The notes below the pieces were generated by a model that saw only the letters and a list, made by a program, of their open reading frames with translations, was not told where the DNA came from and did not search any database. Below are positions 24,565-37,514 of a DNA stretch of 64,000 bases, piece after piece (position 1 is the stretch's first letter; every line of letters begins with the position of its first letter). The stretch comes from Squalus acanthias (Eukaryota), in NCBI GenBank assembly GCA_030390025.1, contig CM059432.1, forward strand, positions 127,536,001 to 127,600,000, given 5' to 3'. The position numbers and the translations under genes were made by a program.

Positions 24565-26201
24565 AATTAAATAAATCTGTTGGACTATAACCTGGTGTTG
24601 TGCGACTTCCAATAGATGTCAGCAGAGATAAATATCCAACGAATATTTATTTTGAACTGGTTAACATCTTTGCCAAAATAACAAACAGAAGTCTATCATG
24701 TGAACACATTAATTACCAATATCGCAACATCGGAGATTTAAACTTAATTGATTTTCCTGTGAATCTGACAATGAGTTTTCCCAGTTTATAGAAATAAACA
24801 ATGAAAAATTCAGAAAATCATCTTCATGGTTATGTATCAAAAGAGATAACCGTAGCATGTGAACTAGATCTCCTTCCAGTCATGAATATCTGTCGGGTAA
24901 ATGTGAACTCTCAGCTATTTATAGTTTTATTTTAGTGTGGCCATGAATCTGTCTGAGTAATAATGATTGCCAAAGAGTTTTGTAATAGGTTATGTGTGAA
25001 AGTCATATCCAGCACTTCCTCTATTGATATGTCTGTGCTGTTCAGGGGCCAATCATATAACTTCCAAGCTTCACATATGTTAAGGAGCTTGCCTCTGCAT
25101 TTCTATGAAATATAAAATTATTGATTTTCTTCAAATCAGCATACTGAAGCATAAAGAGAGCAGCATTGAACAATATAATGCAGATAATCTACTTTGCAAG
25201 TTCACAGGCTCCCTAGCTGCAATTATCCTCCAAAACTAGGACTAAGCTTCAGACAAGGTTTATATTATAATATACAAATGTGAAGTTCACTGCATTACAT
25301 GCAGGATAATACTTATGTGTGTTAAAAGCCATTAGGAACTGGCTTAGAACTGCCCAAACTCATTTCACATATGGCCTTTACAGACTGCAGGCTGAAGACA
25401 ACATTCTAGGCTTGATTCAACCAGGGGAACAGTTGAAGCAATATAATGAGCTTGGCAGGGGGAAATAATCAGCCTGGGTTCCTGCTTCTGGTTCCAGTGA
25501 CTCGCTATCATAAACAGTGCATGTGTGGATGTCGGATGAGAACAGAGTTGGCCTTGTCGGTGATGCCCTACATGTTGAAAGATTACCAACACCCACCTCA
25601 GTAAGACAAGGCCACCTAAAAGTCCAATTCTCCAATTGGTAGCACGCCTCCGGCCTCTGTTTTCACTGGACAACCTCCAGCATTGTGTCTACTGATAATT
25701 AACCCTTCAAAGAGCTCCGGGATTTACACCCTTTCCACAACTGTTTCCAAACCTGAACATTGATTCGTCGATGTTCCAAGCTGACTCCACCCCGTCTACA
25801 AGTCAACTTTATCCCACCACAGGACCTCAGACTTCAACTTTGGATTCTCTCATATTGTCTCCTCCATGTCCAATGTGTATGACAAGGACGTGTCTATCCT
25901 AATCCTTGCCATGCCTATATAACCTGAATTACCTCTACGTACGTTCATGTGCGCATTTTTGCTGCCGCTCCAGACCCAAGCCTATTACTTCTAACTCGGC
26001 CCTCTTGGGTTCTTTTATCCTGTCTCCTCCCACGCCTGTCACCCAGTCATACCAGCTTCTCAGTTCTCGGGTACTTCACCGTCCCAACCCCTGCCCCAAC
26101 TCATCACCAATCCTGTGTCTTCATACTCAGGCTTGAATAACCCCTGGCTAAGCCCACGGCTACCCTTTGTGCATCTCACGGCATTCTCTGAAGGGCACAT
26201 C

Positions 26202-26641
26202 GAGGCATGGTAACATAGTGGTTATGTTACTGGACTAATAATCCAGAGGCCTGGACTAATGATCCAGAGACGTGAGTTCAAATCCCACCATAGCTGCTGG
26301 GGAATTTAAATTCAGCTAATTAAATAAATCTGGAATAAAAAGCTGGTATCAATAATGGTGAGCATGAAACTACCGGATTGTCATAAAAACCCATCTGGTT
26401 CACTAATGTCCTTTAGGGAAGGAAATCTGCCGTCCTTACCTGGTCTGGCCTATATGCGATTCCAGACCCACAGCAATGTGGTTGACTCTTAACTGCCCTC
26501 TGAAATGGCCGAGCAAGCCACTCAGTTGTACCAAATCACAACAAAGAACAGCTGTTCACCACCACCTTCTCAAGGGCAATTAGGGATGAGCAATAAATGC
26601 TGGCCTTGCCAGCGATGCCCACATCCCATGAACGAATAAAT
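26202..26641 (+). mobile_element. tRNA-derived SINE with LINE-derived 3' tail
   Basis: A-box-like tggtaacatagtgg, B-box gagttcaaatccc. The 3' end (about 80 nt) matches the LINE tail at 12436-12515. Confidence 0.8.
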
Positions 26642-26689
26642 TAAAAACAAACCCATAGCTACCTCTTTATAAGCAGCAACCCCAACTGC

Positions 26690-28180
26690 CTTCTCCTTTC
26701 TCGCCGACCCCTCCCTTTGCACCACACCTGCTGGGGGCTAATCTCACCAACCTCTTTCTCATTGCACCCTACACACCACGACCCCCTCAGATTCTGCCAG
26801 CAAATCAACAATCACTGCCCCTCTCCACGTTTCTCTTCAGAATGTCCATTCACCCTAGAACAAGGCCCGTGCCATCCATGAACGGTCGCGTTGACATCCT
26901 AGATTTGAAGGAAACTTTTCTGACGAGTGGCAACACATTGCCCATTACTGAAGTCTCCCCGCCTTTCGATACGTTCCACCACCTGCTGGACCCAAACCAC
27001 TGCGGTGATAATGTGTGCTTTATCATCAAATTACACCTTAGTCCTCTGGCACCCTGTTCCTCTGGCATTTTCTCCTCCTTCGAGCATCTCACCTTGTTCC
27101 ATTCCTCTCGCCTTTAAAATCCCCATTCTCGACTGCCCTTCCAAGCCCCACCCCAAGTTTGTCACCAAGATATTCTCCCTCCTTTCTTCCCTCAGCCTTT
27201 GCAGTAAGCAACTCCTCATCCTTGGTGATTTGAATCTTCATCTCAATTCACTTGACCTTCTCTGCACTGATTGAACCATGCTCGTGTTCTCCCTAAATCT
27301 CTCCCATTCCAACCCCAGTTGCTTCTGCGATTACCCCAGGAAAAAACTTTCCCCAGGTCACTTACAATTGCACTTTCAAGTTGCCAACTGCCTAGCCTCC
27401 AGTCCCCTTTGTGCCTAATGGAGGAAAAGTGTTGGCGGAGGATGGTGTGGTCAACCATGTCAAAGGCTGCAGACAGGTCGAGAAGGATAGTGCACCACGG
27501 TCACAGTCACGTAGGATGTCATTTGTGACTTTCAATAGGGCCGTGTCAGTGCTGTGGCAGAGACTGAAAACTGATTGGAGGGGTTCAAACATGGAGTTAC
27601 GGGAAAGATGGGCATGAATTTAGCAGCCAGCAACGCGTTCAAGGATTTTGGAGTGGTAAGGGAGGATGGAGATGGAAGGGTAGGTTGCAAGGAAAGAGCA
27701 GTCAAGGGTGGATTTTTGAGGAGGGAGATGATGATGGCAGTTTGAAAGGGAGGGAGACAGTATCTGAGAAGAAGGAACCACTTACAATGTCAGCTAGCAT
27801 GGCTGAGGTTTAGTACGATTGGGGGTCGAGGGAGCAGGAGGCAGGTCTCATGGACAAGATCAGCTCTGAGAGGACATGAGGGGAGATAGGAGTGAAACCA
27901 GAGAAAGACACAGATTCAGAGCTAAGGCTTGAAGGCATCAAAAGAGGAGGTGAGGCAGTGGTTGAGCAGATCGACAGATGCAGAAGTATCACGGCAAATG
28001 GAGGGACAAAGGCTAGGCAGCTGGCTGCTCGAAAGTGCAACTGTAAGTGACTTGGGCAGAGTATTTTCTGGGGCAGATGCAGAAGGAAGTGGGGTTGGAA
28101 GGGGGTCAGGGATGTGGGTAGTGAGGGGTACAAGGAAGTGGTTGGAGATGGCCTTGCCTGTGATTGAGACCATGATCGCT
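26690..28180. mobile_element. Cluster of L2 fragments in both orientations
   Basis: Endonuclease-like LLILGDLNLH on +; HSTDTALLKVTNDIL on -. 27280-27412 (+) and about 28005-28140 (-) are diverged inverted copies of one segment. Confidence 0.75.
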
Positions 28181-28719
28181 CTCCATTATGGTCTGCAGTT
28201 CAGTTAAACAGTCAGGTGGCTTCTGCTACTCCACTGCTACCTTCATTTTCTGCTCTTCGCTCATACTGTCTGACTCTCTATGCGCTCCATCCTGAAACTT
28301 ACAATCTAAATCCCCCAGAGTGGATATAACTGTGCTGGTGCTTGTTGGAATGAGTGACGCAAGGTGCTGTGAAGAACGAGAAATGCTGTCCTTGCAGCCT
28401 TATTCTCACGGGCACCTATAAAAAGAGGAGAGCATATGTTAAGTTCTGGCAGGAAGCCATCCCTTCAAACAGAGCTGACATGGCAGGGTATTTTGTGTTA
28501 TGCTGCTGCAGTACAGTGTGTGCCTGTGTATCACTGAATGAATAAGTGAATGTGTAGGAGGAGAACAATTAATAAGTAAAGAATGGTACTAGCCCTGAGT
28601 TTGGGGGAGGTCTTGCCCTTTCCACCTTCAGAATTTGGAGGCACTCTCCTCATAGCGAGGACAAGCGATAATTGGGAGAAACCCCTCCATTCCACTCTTG
28701 TTCTTGACTGTTAGGTGTA

Positions 28720-29494
28720 GGGGTAGAAATTGGACCTCATTATGCCCATTTTATGGGTGTAAAATGGCATAACAAGGCCTAATTTTGGGGACCAATGTCC
28801 CGTGCCCAAATGGCGCCAGAAAAACATTTGGCCCAAATTTGGGTCGGTCCATTTTTCAGGTGCCCCTGGTGGCAGCCTAAAACAGGTGTTAGGTCCCTTA
28901 ACCTCACACATGTTTTCGATCTCCTCACAGAAATTGGGCAGCAATGAGCGGGATCGGCCTTGGGCCTGCCCTGCTCAGGATGTTTAAGCGGTCCCCTTTG
29001 TCCCCAACTAGGTGAGTTTACTTTTAATTAAAAATTTAAAATAGCATTCCCCCCGATTCCACAGTCTGAGCAATCGCAACCCCTTCCCATTGCCCGTGCC
29101 AACCCCTCCTCCCAGAATTACCTGAGTGCCGCTGCCAGCGAGGTAGGCGGCCTAAAATTCAGTCCTGGAGAAGGGTGAGCTGCCAGTGGAGGTGCAACGG
29201 GCACCGGCAACTCACCCGGAATATTTAGACGAGGCCAATGTTCCCTCTAAGCTGTGTGGCCACGCAGCAACAGGAAAGGTCCCGTGCAGGCCGCTCACCA
29301 GCTTTTTTACTTTAAGTACCGCGCGTGCGCGAAATTTAAAGGGACCACGCAGAACAAAGCGCAGCTTACAGGGAACATTGGATGAGGCCCGAGACCCAAT
29401 TTCATTCCTGCCTCGGGCCTTCCTGTTCGGGCGCACACAGCTCATGCAATGCCAAGTCTGCGCCCAAATACAGGCCCAAACTAATTTCAACCCC
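28720..29494. mobile_element. Harbinger-type MITE
   Basis: TIR ggggtagaaattgg / ctaatttcaacccc. Confidence 0.6.
29236..29380. mobile_element. hAT-type MITE nested in the MITE above
   Basis: TIR CAATGTTCCCTCTAAGCTG / CAGCTTACAGGGAACATTG. 8-bp TSD GACGAGGC / GATGAGGC. Confidence 0.85.
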
Positions 29495-29828
29495 AGGGAG
29501 GGCGTTGAAACAGGTAAGAGTGCATTCCAATGTTTCTTATCATGTTATACCTGCATTTAAAGCTACTTATCTCCATGCTGAGTGCCCTTTTAAGACTTCC
29601 ACCCATACTGTAGAACTGTAAGCCATTACTTTGTTGTATAAATAATTAGAAAAGAAATAAGACCTTGAAAATCTCATTCACCCAATAGATGGCTCACTGT
29701 TTTTATGCCAGATCATTTATTATTACATCAGTTTGCAGTGCAATTGTATTGGAATTCTAGCTCCGTTACATTCAATTGAGCAGTAAGAAAAAAAATAACA
29801 TGTTAATCAAAATATACATTTCTGTTAA

Positions 29829-30005
<177 letters not shown>

Positions 30006-32512
30006 TGACTCAGTCCAGGGTAGGCTTTGGACAGGCAATTTAATTCACTGTCCAGTTCTTGAGTGTGTAGAGTATGTATCTTACTAGGTAAGCCCTTGGC
30101 TATTAGACCACAGTATCTAGCAAATGCTTTCTCCTGTATCACTGTATGTGTTTTTGCGTATGTTTGGTAGGCGAATGTTGCCTCATTATGGAAGAGTACA
30201 TCAGACCCCTGGGATTTAGTGTTACTTCTAAATGATATGGTGATTGTTGACTGTTGAGGCACATTTAGTAACTTCACCTCAGTCAAACCAGCTGCCTATA
30301 ACAGCTGCAAACAACTGGGTGTTTTAGTGCCATAGCACAGGTTCCTTAAAATAACATGTTGACACATGTTATACCTACCAACTGAAGGGATTGGTAGTTG
30401 TGTTTGCTGGTTAAGAATAAATGGGCGCCCCAAAATACATCATGAGTTTATGATCTCATGGCAACCAAGAGGTTAAGAAGCATTGTGTTAGCTTCTCACG
30501 CTTCACTGCATGGCTGCTTCACCACCAGCCCATTGCCTTGAGTAGGTCTGAAGGGACATAATGCAACTGGACCACTTTGAAAGGATATCTCTGTCCTGGA
30601 ATATAAGCCACCTTCACGTTGCTGTGATTGTAAATGTGGCTGTGAATTCCTAGTGTTAAGTGTAGTACAGTAACCTCTTATAGAGAAACCAGTTTAAAGG
30701 GTTACTACCTATAATACTGGTTGCTAATAGTCGGTGTCTAAGCCGAATTGTTATTTTAATTAATTTAAGGCATGCTAGATGACCATTTGTCAGTTCAGGT
30801 GGTGCCGTTCCTGTTTTTTGGGCACTAAATGGGCGCCAGAGTCTCTAATATGGCGAGCGGCGCACTTACGGCTCGTATAGAGCGTGCGATTCCTGCCCAC
30901 CCAATCATCGCCTCGCCACCCCCACCCCGATTGCCAATTCGACCCCCACCCTGATGTCCCGATCAACCCCCTTCCCGGACGCCCTCTCAACTCCCTCTTG
31001 ATCGCCCTCCCTTTCCCATTTGTTACCCTCTCGATCTTCCCTCCCTTTCCTGGTCGCCCCCACCTTGAGCACCCTCCCGTTCCAAACCATCCCCTTACCA
31101 TTGCCTATTCTTTCCCTTTGAGCACTTACCTGAGGTGACGCAGCAACCCAAAATTTGAAGCTTCATCACCAGTGAGCTGCCTGGGGGCACCCAGCAGGGT
31201 GTCCACAGTTTGCCGGTCTTATTTAAACAAGGCCCGAGGCCCAATATCAGGTGTGCCTCTGGCCGACCTGTTCAGGCACAGGGATTGTTCCCTGCGCCTA
31301 GTTCGCGCTGGCCTGCCTTCTAGGCCATGGTTTCCACTGGATAGGGTTTGTGCAGGTTAACGCTGGAATTTGTTCCCCATCTCCTGCATAGTTTTGGCTG
31401 AGCCACCTCCTCCCCAGTAAATCCATGTTATTTTTTATTCTTTTTAAGTAAAGTTTGTTACATAATAATCCTTTGTGATGATTCCACTTGTGAAAAAATG
31501 TTAGGACTTTCTGGTGGAAAATGTTTCTTTTAACTATTATCAACATGAGTAACATTACAAATAGGCATAGGCACCCACTTAGGGAAAGCAAGGGAAGAAT
31601 TGCTCCCCCATTGTTAGTACTGGAGGTGCAAAGTATCGTCAGTCTCAAGATGATTGATATTGCCAAGGTGAGACGGACTCATTGTCAGAACTTGCTTGTT
31701 TATGTTTGTTGCAGCTAAATCAGCGAGTTCAAATCAGTCTCTTTCAATTGACCAAGGTCCAGGGAGCCACCCTGCAATAAACATGGACCAGCTAATGGCA
31801 GTAAGCCTGGCCCCGACTGAGTGAGCCAGAAACAATCATTGCAGAGATGACAAGGCAGGTTATTGCTGGAACTTGCAGGCCTGCTTGTCTGCATTTGCAA
31901 CCAGTTAGGTTCCTGGATTTAAATTCCCCATGCTGCAGAGAAACACAACAGCTGATGAGGTGGCTACCTGGAGCACACCAAATTTGAATCCATTGACTAA
32001 ACTGGCTACAAGCTCAGCCAATTGGTCTGCCATTCAGATAGCTCCAGCACCAAGCCCACTGTGTTTTACATGCCACTGCGCAGTGCAGCACATGTTCTCT
32101 CTTCGGTTCTGGTTGGCACCATCCCTTTCACCTCATTCAGCTTTAGCACCGACCTCTTCTGGGAATCTTCTCTCGGGGGAAATGAAGCCAGGACCTGGCC
32201 TTGGAGGTTGGCGCGATATAGAGGTTTTATTTGGGAATGGAAGTAGATCCCAACATTCCTTGCTTCTCCGACGCTTTGCGCCAGTTGGCACCTATTCACT
32301 TAGGCATGGTTTAAGTTGCCACTAAGCAAGTGGCTGCAGACTGAGTGGGGGACATGACTGCAGTTGCTATTCAATATAAGTGCCAGATGGGTGCTTGGAA
32401 TCTGGAACAAGTGTATTGAGGTGGATAGCAGATGATGGTAAATTCTCTACCATTCAGACGGGAGAAAGTGCACCTGTTGTATATTAGGATGGAGCTTAAT
32501 GCTGTTTTCCAG

Positions 32513-32644
32513 GTGTTTAATGAAACTTGTTCACCCACCTGGCAGGAGACCTTGTTATCTGATCACCTTTTGGCTGAAGGCAGCAGAGAGTTCCAGAAGG
32601 CGCCAACACCTGTCAGTATGAAGTTCTACGATCAAGACAGATTT
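32513..32644 (+). CDS. Ferlin exon, C2D middle (VFNETCSPTWQETLLSDHLLAEGSREFQKAPTPVSMKFYDQDRF)
   Basis: Acceptor ttttccag, 132 nt in frame, matches ferlin VxNETxxPTW...YDQD. Donor is GCAAGT. Confidence 0.9.
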
Positions 32645-33409
32645 GCAAGTATTCTGTACATTTGTGTAGAGAAGTAAAAATCTGCTGCAATAAATGAGAA
32701 GGAATTCTAAAGTGTGCAAGACAATAACTGGCTTCTGTGCATTTATTTATAGCTAGAGTCTTCAGAGTTTCCAAATTTACCAATAATATATAAAACATGG
32801 ACATTTTTTTAAGAAGAAAAATCGAAGTAATTGAAAACTTAGACCTTCTGCGATTTTTCACGTATGCTGGATTCTAGAACTCTGTTAGGTATTTTTAAAA
32901 TAACAAGCGAGTCCTGAAGAGATACCAGCCATTTATTCCACCTCTACATACTAAACACATTCGGTAATCAGGCAATGTTTCCATTGATATTTTAACTCTG
33001 GGATCCCGCAAACTACATTTAAAGGGACATTGTCAGGGCATTGAGGAGTTTTGAAGCAGTTTCATTGAACAGCCAAGAGCAGTCCGTTCCACAGGTCAGC
33101 TTAAAATTTACCTTCTTAGACAGCTGACAAAATTTACATTCTGCCTTACACAATTGTCATCTTTTGATTCGAGTTAAACTTTAGACAGATTAGTGTATAA
33201 AAGTTTAGCCGTAAGTGCAGTCGGACTCACGAGTGCATTGCTTGTTGTTTATTGCACCCTTTTGCTGACAGCAACACCTTGGGGTAGATTTTGACTCCGA
33301 TAGTGTAAAATGGGTGACAGTGAATCGGCAGCCCATTTTACATCTCTTCTGATTGTTATCTGCAATGGAAATAAAAATGGGGAGAGATGTATTCCAAAGA
33401 ACAGGAACT

Positions 33410-33845
33410 AGGTGGCTGAATGTGCAGCCAACAGTAAGGGGAAGGGAGGGGGGGATCCACAACAGGCTGAAAGAGGAATGGAGAGATTGAGGGTTGTAGG
33501 TCTGGAGGAGGTTACAGAGATAGGGAGGAGCAAGGTCATGGTGGGATTTAGAAACAAGGATGAGAATTTTAAATTTAAGGCATTGGAGGACTGGGAGCCA
33601 ATGTGGATCAGCGAAGATTTGGTGTGATGAGTTAGTGGAACTTCATACGGAATATGATATGAGCAGCAGAGTTTCGAATGAGCTGAAGTTTGAGGAGATG
33701 GCCAGGAGAGCACTGGAATAATGAGGCCTCAAAGTGACAAAGGCACCCACGAGGGTTTCAGTGACAGATGGGCTGAGGTAGGGGTGGAAGCGGATGAGGT
33801 CATGGAGGTAGAAGTAGGCGTTTTTTGAGAGAGGACGTGGGGTCA
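33410..33845 (-). mobile_element. Old L2 fragment
   Basis: Degenerate reverse complement of the L2 3' region at 38050-38520. Confidence 0.7.
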
Positions 33846-34576
33846 ATATGACAATCCTAGCAAGCCAGTTTATCCAGGAGAAGCATCTTTAAGTTATTTC
33901 TGAGTTATTGTGGCCCAATTGACACTTAGCCAATTAAAATTCAATGAAGTATCTGATGATTATACATTTCATTTTGATTGATGATTGATGTTACATGTTC
34001 CATGATGCAAATTTGTTCATGTATGGTGAGTGTGATGTGAAGCTGATTTAGCATTGATTATCTACATCAATAATTTTATAATGACTGGTCTGACTCCATT
34101 GCTGGTTTCTGTATGAAAGAGTTAGGAGTGGTGATCAAAAGATTGATCGAAAAGATGGGTTTTGAGAAGGTTTTTAAAGCTGGAGAGGGGATTAGCGAGG
34201 GAAATTCCAGAAAGTGGGGCCTAGGTGGGTGAAGGCTCTGCCATTAATAGGAGGGTAAAGGAAGGGGGAAATAAACTAAAGGCCAGAATCAAAGGGTGTG
34301 GGAGTGGTTGTAATGCTGAAGGAGGTCATAGATATAGGGTAGGGTGAGGCCAAGGAGAAATGGAATACTTTAAGCTAATTAAAGTATGTGGCTGTTGATT
34401 GGTGCTTTAAATGAGTTCTCTGTCCTTCATTCAAAATGGCTTTCTCTACGAGCCTGAAAAACACAATAAAAATGAAAGTAATAAATGCTGTTATATTTAT
34501 ATTTTAACACAGAAATGAGAGAGTACTTTAAACTCAAATTACCGCTCCCTCAGGCTTTCTGTCTCCTTGACCACTT

Positions 34577-36768
34577 GAGTGCGGGGGGGGTGGGGTGGAG
34601 AGTGCGGGGGGGTGGGGGGTAGGGTGGCGAGTGCGGGGTGGGGTGGCGAGTGCGGGGGGGTAGGGTGGAGAGTGCGGGGGGGGTGGGGTGGCGAGTGCGG
34701 GGGGGTAAGGTGGCGAGTGCGGGGGGGTAGGGGTGGCGAGTGCGGGGGGGGTAGGGTGGAGAGTGCGGGGGGGGTAGGGTGGAGAGTGCGGGGGGGTAGG
34801 GTGGCGAGTGCGGGGGGGGGTAGGGTGGCGAGTGCGGGGGGGGTGGGGTGGCGAGTGCGGGGTGGTAGGGTGGAGAGTGCGGGGTGGTAGGGTGGAGAGT
34901 GCGGGGGGGGTAGGGTGGCGAGTGCGGGGGGGGGTGGGGTGGCGAGTGCGGGGGGGTAGGGTGGAGAGTGCGGGGGGGTAGGGTGGAGAGTGCGGGGGGG
35001 TAGGGTGGCGAGTGCGGGGGGGGTAGGGTGGCGAGTGCGGGGGGGGTGGGGTGGCGAGTGCGGGGGTGGTAGGGTGGAGAGTGCGGGGTGGTAGGGTGGA
35101 GAGTGCGGGGGGGGTAGGGTGGCGAGTGCGGGGGGGGGGGTGGGGGTGGCGAGTGCGGGGGGGTAGGGTGGAGAGTGCGGGGGGGTAGGGTGGAGAGTGC
35201 GGGGGGGGGTAGGGTGGCGAGTGCGGGGGGGGTGGGGTGGCGAGTGCGGGGGGGTAGGGTGGAGAGTGCGGGGGGGGTAGGGTGGCGAGTGCGGGGGGGG
35301 TAGGGTGGCGAGTGCGGGGGGGGTGGGGTGGCGAGTGCGGGGGGGTAAGGTGGCGAGTGCGGGGGGGTAGGGTGGCGAGTGCGGGGGGGGTAGGGTGGAG
35401 AGTGCGGGGGGGGTAGGGTGGAGAGTGCGGGGGGGGTAGGGTGGCGAGTGCGGGGGGGGTGGGGTGGCGAGTGCGGGGGGGTGGGGTGGCGAGTGCGGAG
35501 GGGGTAGGGTGGAGAGTGCGGGGGGGGTAGGGTGGCGAGTGCGGGGGGGGTAGGGTGGCGAGTGCGGGGGGGGTAGGGTGGAGAGTGCGGGGGGGGTAGG
35601 GTGGCGAGTGCGGGGGGGGTAGGGTGGCGAGTGCGGGGGGGGGTAGGGTGGAGAGTGCGGGGGGGGTAGGGTGGCGAGTGCGGAGGGGGTAGGGTGGAGA
35701 GTGCGGGGGGGGTAGGGTGGCGAGTGCGGGGGGGGTAGGGTGGCGAGTGCGGGGGGGTAGGGTGGCGAGTGCGGGGGGGGGTAGGGTGGAGAGTGCGGGG
35801 GGGGGTAGGGTGGAGAGTGCGGGGGGTAGGGTGGCGAGTGCGGGGGGGTAGGGTGGCGAGTGCGGGGGGGGTAGGGTGGCGAGTGCGGGGGGGGTAGGGT
35901 GGCGAGTGCGGGGAGGGTAGGGTGGAGAGTGCGGGGGGGGTAGGGTGGCGAGTGCGGGGGGGGTAGGGTGGCGAGTGCGGGGGGGGTAGGGTGGCGAGTG
36001 CGGGGGGGGTAGGGTGGCGAGTGCGGGGGGGGTAGGGTGGAGAGTGCGGGGGGGTAGGGTGGCGAGTGCGGGGGGGGTAGGGTGGCGAGTGCGGGGGGGG
36101 GTAGGGTGGCGAGTGCGGGGGGGGGTAGGGTGGAGAGTGCGGGGGGGGTAGGGTGGAGAGTGCGGGGGGGGTAAGGTGGCGAGTGCGGGGGGGGTAGGGT
36201 GGCGAGTGCGGGGGGGTAGGGTGGCGAGTGCGGGGGGGGTAGGGTGGCGAGTGCGGGGGGGGTAGGGTGGCGAGTGCGGGGGGGTAGGGTGGCGAGTGCG
36301 GGGGTGTAAGGTGGCGAGTGCGGGGGGGTAGGGTGGCGAGTGCGGGGGGGTAGGGTGGAGAGTGCGGGGAGGGTAGGGTGGCGAGTGCGGGGGTGGTAAG
36401 GTGGCGAGTGCGGGGGGGTAGGGTGGCGAGTGCGGGGGGGTAGGGTGGCGAGTGCGGGGAGGGTAGGGTGGCGAGTGCGGGGGGGTAGGGTGGCGAGTGC
36501 GGGGGGGGGTAGGGTGGCGAGTGCGGGGGGGGTAGGGTGGCGAGTGCGGGGTGGTTAGGGTGGCGAGTGCGGGGGGGATAGGGTGGCGAGTGCGGGGGGG
36601 TAGGGTGGCGAGTGCGGGGGGGTAGGGTGGCGAGTGCGGGGAGGGTAGGGTGGCGAGTGCGGGGGGGGTAGGGTGGCGAGTGCAGGGGCGGTAGGGTGGC
36701 GAGTGCGGGGGGGTAAGGTGGCGAGTGCGGGGGGGGTAGGGTGGCGAGTGCGGGGGGGGTAGGGTGGT
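34577..36768. repeat. G-rich minisatellite, about 21-23-bp unit GAGTGC(G)nTAGGGTGG(C/A)
   Basis: Directly visible tandem array of about 2.2 kb with variable G-run length. Confidence 0.98.
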
Positions 36769-37514
36769 GATTTTCAACTGTCAGCCGCCAATTTCTTGCC
36801 CTGAAAAATGGGCATCCAGCATTTGAAAATGGGGGGTGGGTGGGCACCTGACCACCCCATTGGTGCCCAAGGCCCACCTGATGCAAGTGGCCCTGGAAAT
36901 GGACGAGCAACACGCTGTCTGTTTCTGGCAGGAGGCTGCTTAAATGTGCAAAATTGGGCTCCTCTGTCAGTTGTAGGACATGTTTGGAGCCTTTCCAGGT
37001 GTCAAAGATCTGCAACAGCGGCTGGCTGGTTGTCAGTACTCCTCTTTGCTCCACAAAAACTGCAGTGGGCGTCCGCTGGCCCGTGCTCGACCCTCTCCTG
37101 GAGCGTTCCTGCCGCCTCACCAAGGCCCGACCTGTTGGTTGGCTCAGCGTGGGAACTGCACCCCCCCCCCCCCCCAGCCCACCAACCCTAGCCGCACAAC
37201 CAGCGAGCTGCAACGGGGCGTCTACTTGGTGCAGGCATCTCACCGGAGGCATTCAAACAAAAATTGTTCAGGCTTCCCAACGCCGGCTTTGGTCGGTCGG
37301 CACGGCTGTTCGGCCGACTTCACCTCCATTTGGGGTGGTAGTCGAATATCATCCACAGGTCTTCAGACTCGAAGCTGCTGGAAAAATACATCCTGGATAA
37401 CTGAGTGAAACCAGCCATTTTTCAAAAATAATTCAGAACATGTTATTTTTTTTTAAAAAGATAAAACAATTATTATAAAAGTGAAAGAAGCCTATCTCAA
37501 AAATATATTTAGTT

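Larger units (their letters stand above)
23261..24609. mobile_element. Penelope-like element, two 3' fragments in inverted (head-to-head) arrangement
   Basis: GIY-YIG endonuclease C-terminus (NVVYLIRC...WYIGET...R...H...E...GLNRD) on both strands. 617-bp arms at 23304-23920 and 23993-24609. 13-bp TSD CCAATAGATGTCA at 23248-23260 and 24609-24621. Confidence 0.93.

Noticed and set aside
34534..37252. 747-aa and 900-aa Pro-rich (extensin-like) ORFs
   Set aside because: Translations of a minisatellite that lacks stops on that strand. G-run lengths vary without regard to frame.
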